A DNA stretch of 64,000 nt. Source: Nitrospirota bacterium (GTDB lineage Bacteria > Nitrospirota > UBA9217). How positions within the stretch are numbered: the first letter of the stretch is position 1; every line of letters starts with the position of its first letter. The stretch covers positions 1,920,001 through 1,984,000 of the forward strand of contig CAWFSF010000006.1 of the NCBI GenBank assembly GCA_963818475.1, in the 5' to 3' direction. This document shows, one piece after another, positions 58,213 through 64,000 of the stretch. The notes under the pieces were generated by a model, which was not told the DNA's origin, searched no databases, and saw only the letters and a program-made list of their open reading frames with translations. A program made the position numbers and the translations under genes.

Positions 58213-58812
58213 CTATTTTTTCTGCACATAGTTTGGATATATCTTAGCCGCACACTCGGAGCACAGGCCATGGCTGAACTCAGCGTTGGAATGGGTACTG
58301 ATGTAAGCTTCCATCTGGGTCCAGACGCCCTGGTCATCGCGGATCTTCTTGCAGTGCATGCAGATCGGCAATAAGCCCTGCAATACTTTTATTTCCTTCA
58401 AGGAGTTTTCCAATTGGGTGAGCAGCTTTTTCCGCTCGATCGCATAACGGATCGAACGTGTCATCATTCCCCCTGTCACCTGTCCTTTGACGAGAAAGTC
58501 CTGGGCCCCCTTCTGCACGGCCAGGGTGGCAACCTCGTCATTGTCGTTGCCGGTCAGCACAATGACCGGCAGACCGGGGCTTTTCTCCTGAACCCTGAGA
58601 AAGGTATCAAGCCCCTGGCTGTCAGGCAGGCCGAGATCCTGCATCACGATATCGAACGATCCCTTTTCAAGAGATTCGAGCCCCGTGGCGAGCCGAACAG
58701 CCCGGGTAATATGAAAAGAGCACTTTACCGAAGGCGCCAGGAATTTCTGGATGAGCAATGCGTCTTCGTCATCATCCTCGATGAGCAGTATGGAAATCGT
58801 ATCGGAGGTCAT
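58213..58812 (-). CDS. Response regulator with a C-terminal LPICxxCKKIRDD domain
   Basis: ILLIEDD, DLGLPDSQG, FSHGLCSEC. Confidence 0.88.
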   Translation of the reverse strand: MTSDTISILLIEDDDEDALLIQKFLAPSVKCSFHITRAVRLATGLESLEKGSFDIVMQDLGLPDSQGLDTFLRVQEKSPGLPVIVLTGNDNDEVATLAVQKGAQDFLVKGQVTGGMMTRSIRYAIERKKLLTQLENSLKEIKVLQGLLPICMHCKKIRDDQGVWTQMEAYISTHSNAEFSHGLCSECAAKIYPNYVQKK

Positions 58813-59255
58813 GGCAGTTCCTTTCCGCCGGAAGGGAGCTTGACGAGCGAGAACCAGAAATCATCGATCTCATGTACGACCTTGATAAAGGCCTCAAAAC
58901 CGAGAGGCTTGACAAGGTAGCAGTTCGCGCCGAGATCATAGCACTTGGCAATATCAGAATCCGATCCCGAGGTGGTGAGAATGATCACCGGGATCGACCT
59001 CAGGGCAGCATCACCCTTGATTTCTCTGAGCACTTCGCGTCCGTCCTTCTTCGGCAGATTGAGGTCCAGCAGGACCAGATCAGGACGGGTTGCGGCAGGA
59101 TAGGGGTGTTGCCGCTTCAGGTACTTGAGCGCCGATGCTCCGTCTGGGACAACATGCAGATTGACGATCATCTTGGCGGTTTTCAAAGCTTTTCTGGTCA
59201 ATTCCACATCGCCGGGGTCATCCTCGACCAGCAGCACATCTGCAGCTTCTTTCAT
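58809..59255 (-). CDS. Single-domain response regulator (Rcp1-like)
   Basis: LLVEDDPGD, PDLVLLDLNLPKKDG, LTTS, GANCYLVKP. Confidence 0.9.
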   Translation of the reverse strand: MKEAADVLLVEDDPGDVELTRKALKTAKMIVNLHVVPDGASALKYLKRQHPYPAATRPDLVLLDLNLPKKDGREVLREIKGDAALRSIPVIILTTSGSDSDIAKCYDLGANCYLVKPLGFEAFIKVVHEIDDFWFSLVKLPSGGKELP

Positions 59256-59320
59256 ACTCACCTCCAGCACTCAATATGGGATTACATCACTCTGCCGGCA
59301 TCCGGCTGCGCTGAAGCCCT

Positions 59321-61049
59321 TTACGCAGGAATGGTAAAGCGAAATGTCGACCCTTTCCCCTGCTCCGACTCGACCCAGATGCGTCCCTTATGCCTCTCAA
59401 CGATCTTCTTGCAGATAGCGAGACCCAGGCCGGTTCCGGGATATTCCGTCCGCGTATGAAGCCGCTGGAACATGACAAATATGCGATCAGCATACTCAGG
59501 CGCGACGCCGATGCCGTTGTCCTGCACCGAGAAGATCCATTCCTTGTCGCGTTGTTCCGCGGAAATATGAACCTGCGGGGGCCGCTGTGCCGCGGAATTT
59601 TACTGCATTCGTGATCAGGTTCTGAAAGACCTGGCCGAGCTGCACTCCATCGGCATTGACAGTCGGCAGAGGGTCATAGGTTACGGCAGCGCCCGCCTCG
59701 TCGATGGCCAGGTGGATATACCTGAGCGTACTGTCCAGGACCTCGTTGCAATCGGTCGGGCTGAATTCCTTTCCCCGGCTGTCAATGCGCGAGTATTCGA
59801 GCAGTTCCCGGATCTGCGTCTGCATCCGGTATGCGCCGTCGATGATATATTCCAGATACCGGTCGGCCTCGGCATCCAGCCGGCCTTTATACTGCGATGC
59901 AAGCAGTTCGGAAAAGCTCGCGATCTTGCGCAACGGCTCCTGCAGGTCATGGGAGGCCACATAGGCAAACTGCTCAAGCTCCTCGTTGCTCTTCTTGAGC
60001 TTGTCCTCGTAGCGCAGCCGCTCTTCGTCGCCCGCCTCAATGGTTTGCATCATGGTGAGTGTCATGTTCCCGAAGGCTCCCATCTCATCGTGCCTGCTGG
60101 AATCGCCGGCGAGTCCTGCTGCGAACAGAGGATCTACTTTTCGTACCCGGGCAAATTGCTCGGTTGCATTGCTCAGAAAGAGGAGACGGCGGATGTAGCG
60201 GGTGATCCAGGAGCCAAGGGACAGCCATATGGCCGCGGCCAGGGCGGCAAGCACCGCCACGCTGAGCAAAACAGTCTCCGCGGCGCTGAAGGGACGGCTG
60301 ACGTGCCTCCTGATCACCAGAACCGGCGTTTCCGGTTTACTCAAGTTAGCTCCGGTGAAGGGGAGCAGGATCTCTTCGTAATAGCTGTTGTCGATGACAC
60401 GTTTCCCCGCGATCTTCGAAAATTGCGCAATGCCTTCATACCCCTGTGACGATGCGGTCGCCTGTCCATTCCAGGTTAAATAGAGATCTGTATCGGGATA
60501 GGAGATCTCTCCGAGAAAAGCGTTGTCAAGTGGTTTCAGCAGGAGAAGATAACCCATTCCGTCGGAACCCATAAACACCGGGAGCCTGAAAACGCGATAG
60601 ATCCTTTCCTTGAACTGCAGGTACTCCTGCGACCACTCCACCTGCGTAGTTGAAACAAACGGGATCATCTCCGGGCCGTCTCCGAACCTGAACAGCATCT
60701 TGCCGTTGCTGTCCGAGACTGCCACAAAGGAGTATTGGCGGGTGCTTCCCTGGGCGATAAAATAGGCTTGGAGCTTTTCCCAGCGCAGCACCCGATCCTC
60801 CAGATATTTCGTCAGCTCAACAAGCGTTTTGGTGCGCAGGACCTCCTCTTCCCAAATCTGATTTTGCCGTTCAAGCCGTTCCTTGAAATGGTTGGTCGTG
60901 TTTCTCCGTACCGTCAACTTTGCCTTCTGAAAAGCGGCATTGTTCAGCCAGAACGCGGCAGCAGCCACGACTACGATGGCAACACACGAAACCGACAACA
61001 GTCGTAAGAATGCCTGTTTTTTCATCGAAGCGGCAACAGGGAGGAACAT
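59321..61049 (-). CDS. Membrane sensor histidine kinase (frameshift near 59570)
   Basis: Two TM helices, [38 protein letters not shown]. Confidence 0.9.
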
Positions 61050-62074
61050 TATTTCTTGCTCCCGGACCAGCGATCGTCAACCAGGCCCTCCAGGGAGAGG
61101 GGCGATGATGATGCCGGCAAAGAACCTTTGAAAAACCGCTCGGTCTCCTGCATCTGCTGTTTGGAAAATCGTCCATCCGGACTGAACATGTTCGGGTATT
61201 TTTTCAAGGTCAGAAGCAGCCAGCGCTTCTCCTCGGGATCCTGGACCTCGAGTTTATCCACGATCTGCTCCGGTGTGGCTTTCGACATCCACTCCAGGGT
61301 CCGTTTTACTATTTTGACCATGACTTCTACTTTTTTTGGTTCGCGCTGAACAACCTCCCCCCGGGTCGCCACAACAGCGTGGAGGAATCCCGCGTCAGGA
61401 ATCTTTTTTGCTGTTGACGGGTCCGCAAGATTCATAAGAAAAAAAACTTCTTTTTCAGCCAGGAGACGCGAAGCAAAGGGTTCGCTGCCCATCACTGCGT
61501 CCACGGTGTGGCTTTTGAACAGCGCAGAGAGCAACTCGTAACTATGTTCCGCGGAGACATAACGGACGAGTTCCGGAGACACGCCGTTCGCCTTCAACAC
61601 CATCTCGGTAAGCTGCTGGGAGACGGTCTTGCTTGATAACGAACTGGTATAGATCCCTATCACCCTCCCTTTCAGGTCAGCAATGGTCCTGACCTTGTCC
61701 TTGAGATCCGCCCGGACCATGAGAATAAAAATGGGCACATTGCCGCTGAGAGGTGCGATTACAACGACACTTCCGCCATTGTTTTTCAGCGACATGGCGG
61801 CGGGCGTGCCTGCGACACCGAAATCCGTATTGCGCGACATGAGTTCCTTATACACCACGCCGCCGCCGCTTAAGTAGCGCACGGTCACCACGGCTCCTTC
61901 CGCCTTATCCGCGCCGATCTTTGAAATAAGGTCGATGGGCAGATAGCTCAGGCTGCGCGGTCCGGGTACGCTCACCACGATCTGGAGGGGTGGTTCCGCT
62001 GCCTGCGCAGTCCACCCGGCTGCCAGGAGCAAAGACGAAACAATAATGCTTAAGATTCTGTGTTTTTGCGACAT
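61049..62074 (-). CDS. Periplasmic solute-binding protein (NMT1/SsuA-like)
   Basis: Signal peptide, SYLPIDL, IADLKGRVIG, EPFAS. Confidence 0.82.
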   Translation of the reverse strand: MSQKHRILSIIVSSLLLAAGWTAQAAEPPLQIVVSVPGPRSLSYLPIDLISKIGADKAEGAVVTVRYLSGGGVVYKELMSRNTDFGVAGTPAAMSLKNNGGSVVVIAPLSGNVPIFILMVRADLKDKVRTIADLKGRVIGIYTSSLSSKTVSQQLTEMVLKANGVSPELVRYVSAEHSYELLSALFKSHTVDAVMGSEPFASRLLAEKEVFFLMNLADPSTAKKIPDAGFLHAVVATRGEVVQREPKKVEVMVKIVKRTLEWMSKATPEQIVDKLEVQDPEEKRWLLLTLKKYPNMFSPDGRFSKQQMQETERFFKGSLPASSSPLSLEGLVDDRWSGSKK

Positions 62075-62159
62075 AGGGAAGCCTCCTGACGAGAAACGCT
62101 GCGTTTATGCGCAATGAAACAATTCACAGAGTACGAGCAACCTTGGATGACGATCTGTT

Positions 62160-64000
62160 TCATGTTTTTCCATTATCCAGTACGCTTCTTATCGTTTTCA
62201 GCAGCGTCGGGATCGACGCGGGCTTATAGACCACGGGCACTTTCCGTTCAAGCAGCGACTTTTGACGGATCAAATCCGGATCGTATCCGCTCGCGAAAAT
62301 GACCCTGATGTCCGCCCGCATCTTCCGGATCTCATCATAGGCATCCTTGCCCGTTTTTTTGGGCATGATGAGATCGAACAGGAGGAGCTGGATGCGGTCC
62401 TTATTGTCCGTGAACTTCTTAACTGCATCTGCTCCGTCAACAGCCGTGATGACCGTATAACCAAAATCCCGCAGTATTTGCCCGGTGATATCAAGGACAC
62501 GCTTATCATCTTCCGCCAAAAGGATTGTTTCCGAGCCTCCTACGGGTGGTTCCTCCGCGGCATTCTCCTTTTCTTCGGACACGCCTGTTGCGATAACGGG
62601 GAAATAGATCCGGAAGGTCGTGCCCTGGCCCGGTTCGCTGTATACATTGATCAAGCCCTCGTGCTGTTTCACGATGCCGTACACGACCGCCAGGCCGAGC
62701 CCGGTGCCTTTCCCGACCTCCTTGGTTGTGAAGAAAGGTTCGAAAATTCGCTGCGTTGTTTCCTCATTCATTCCCTGGCCCGTATCCGATACGGTTATCA
62801 AGACATACCTGCCGGACATCCCGAGACCGTGGGTGGAAGCGAACGTTTCATCAAGCCAGGCCTGTTCTGTGGTAATCTTGAAAATACCGCCCTGAGGCAT
62901 GGCGTCCCGCGCATTCGTGGCAAGATTCATCAGGACCTGATCGACCTGGTGTGAATCCGCAAAAATACGCATGTCGCCTCCGGATAACGTGGTTTTGAAC
63001 GCAATGTCCTCTCCGATGATCCGCGAAAGGAACATGGCCACCTTCTGGATGTGCTCGTTCAGCTTAACGGGTTTCCGGTCGATGGGCTGTTTTCTGCTGA
63101 ACAGGAGGAGGTCTTTGGTGAGATGCGCTGCCCGGTCTGCCGCTTCCAGCACATGTTCGACATTCTGTCGTTGAGAATCGCTCTTGGGCATTTTGTTAAG
63201 CACCATGTTGCCGTAGCCGATGATGGCGGTAAGCAGATTGTTGAAATCATGGGCCACGCCGCCGGCAAGGGTGCCGATGGACTCCATCTTCTGGGATTGG
63301 CGGAGCTGGTCTTCGAGTTTTTTGCGCTCCGTGATGTCAAGGATTGCCCCGATCAGCCCTATGATGGCTCCCTGACTGTCCGTGAAAACCGCCTTGTTGA
63401 AGATGACATTGCGCAGCAGGCCGTGCGCGTTCTTTACCTGAGACTCATATTGCTGCACCTCCCCGCTCTCGAAAAGCTCGGCATCCTTGGCGCGATATAT
63501 TTCGGCAAGCTCCTGCGGGTTGATGTCGAACACTGTCTTACCGATCAGTCGTTCCCTTGTTGCGCCGAAAAAGGTCTCGAAAGCGTTGTTGAAGCCCAGG
63601 TATCGTCCATCCCTGTCCTTATAAAAAACCGGAATAGGGATCGCATTGAGCAGCGTGTTCAGAAAAAACTCGCTTTCTCGCAGCGCCACTTCGGCGCTCT
63701 TGCGGTCGGAGATGTCTATTCCTGGACTGACGAAGCCGGTTTTGGCAGAAACCCTTGATTCTGCGGCTTGCCATTCGGAGATCTGCTCGGAGAGTCGTTG
63801 GGTGCGCTGCTGAATCAGGGTTTCGATATCTCTCTGAGGGAAATCGTTCAGGCGGCGCTGTTGACGCTCCTCCAGAATGATTGCCGCCATAAAACTCAGG
63901 TAACGGATGGAGGAAGAGTAAGGCAGGAATTGTTCCGGATCGGAGACGGTAATAATGATCTCGCCAAAGTGTTTATCGTTGCTGCGAAGCGGAAAATGGT
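62160..64000 (-). CDS. PAS-containing hybrid histidine kinase (5' part incomplete)
   Basis: PAS domain, [36 protein letters not shown]-terminal receiver. Confidence 0.9.
   Translation of the reverse strand, partial: HFPLRSNDKHFGEIIITVSDPEQFLPYSSSIRYLSFMAAIILEERQQRRLNDFPQRDIETLIQQRTQRLSEQISEWQAAESRVSAKTGFVSPGIDISDRKSAEVALRESEFFLNTLLNAIPIPVFYKDRDGRYLGFNNAFETFFGATRERLIGKTVFDINPQELAEIYRAKDAELFESGEVQQYESQVKNAHGLLRNVIFNKAVFTDSQGAIIGLIGAILDITERKKLEDQLRQSQKMESIGTLAGGVAHDFNNLLTAIIGYGNMVLNKMPKSDSQRQNVEHVLEAADRAAHLTKDLLLFSRKQPIDRKPVKLNEHIQKVAMFLSRIIGEDIAFKTTLSGGDMRIFADSHQVDQVLMNLATNARDAMPQGGIFKITTEQAWLDETFASTHGLGMSGRYVLITVSDTGQGMNEETTQRIFEPFFTTKEVGKGTGLGLAVVYGIVKQHEGLINVYSEPGQGTTFRIYFPVIATGVSEEKENAAEEPPVGGSETILLAEDDKRVLDITGQILRDFGYTVITAVDGADAVKKFTDNKDRIQLLLFDLIMPKKTGKDAYDEIRKMRADIRVIFASGYDPDLIRQKSLLERKVPVVYKPASIPTLLKTIRSVLDNGKT

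Overview
A GC-rich bacterial chromosomal window. The gene set and repeat style suggest Nitrospirota or Desulfobacterota, which is inference only. Many single-base frameshifts, densest at 40.3-47.4 kb and 51-54 kb, look like long-read assembly error. From left to right: a type IIG restriction-modification gene and a vapBC remnant; a minus-strand glycogen/trehalose cluster (glgE, treS-mak, glgB, a glgC remnant, treZ, GH57, treY) with palindromic elements in every spacer; and a ~12 kb integron cassette array (20.4-32.9 kb). The array has a Pc-like promoter, an attI-like site and 12 attC sites, but no integrase in the window. Its cassettes include a 130-bp ORF-less, almost fully base-paired cassette and a tandem-duplicated HEPN-like protein. 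Further right: higBA; a GH100-like glycosidase; MscS and three cation antiporters, one behind a promoter-leader-terminator riboswitch-like element; an acs/actP acetate cluster; eptA; dksA; a ChaN-PDZ lipoprotein; an arsR-dsrE-nifX-DUF134 cluster; and a two-component cluster with an orphan solute-binding protein.
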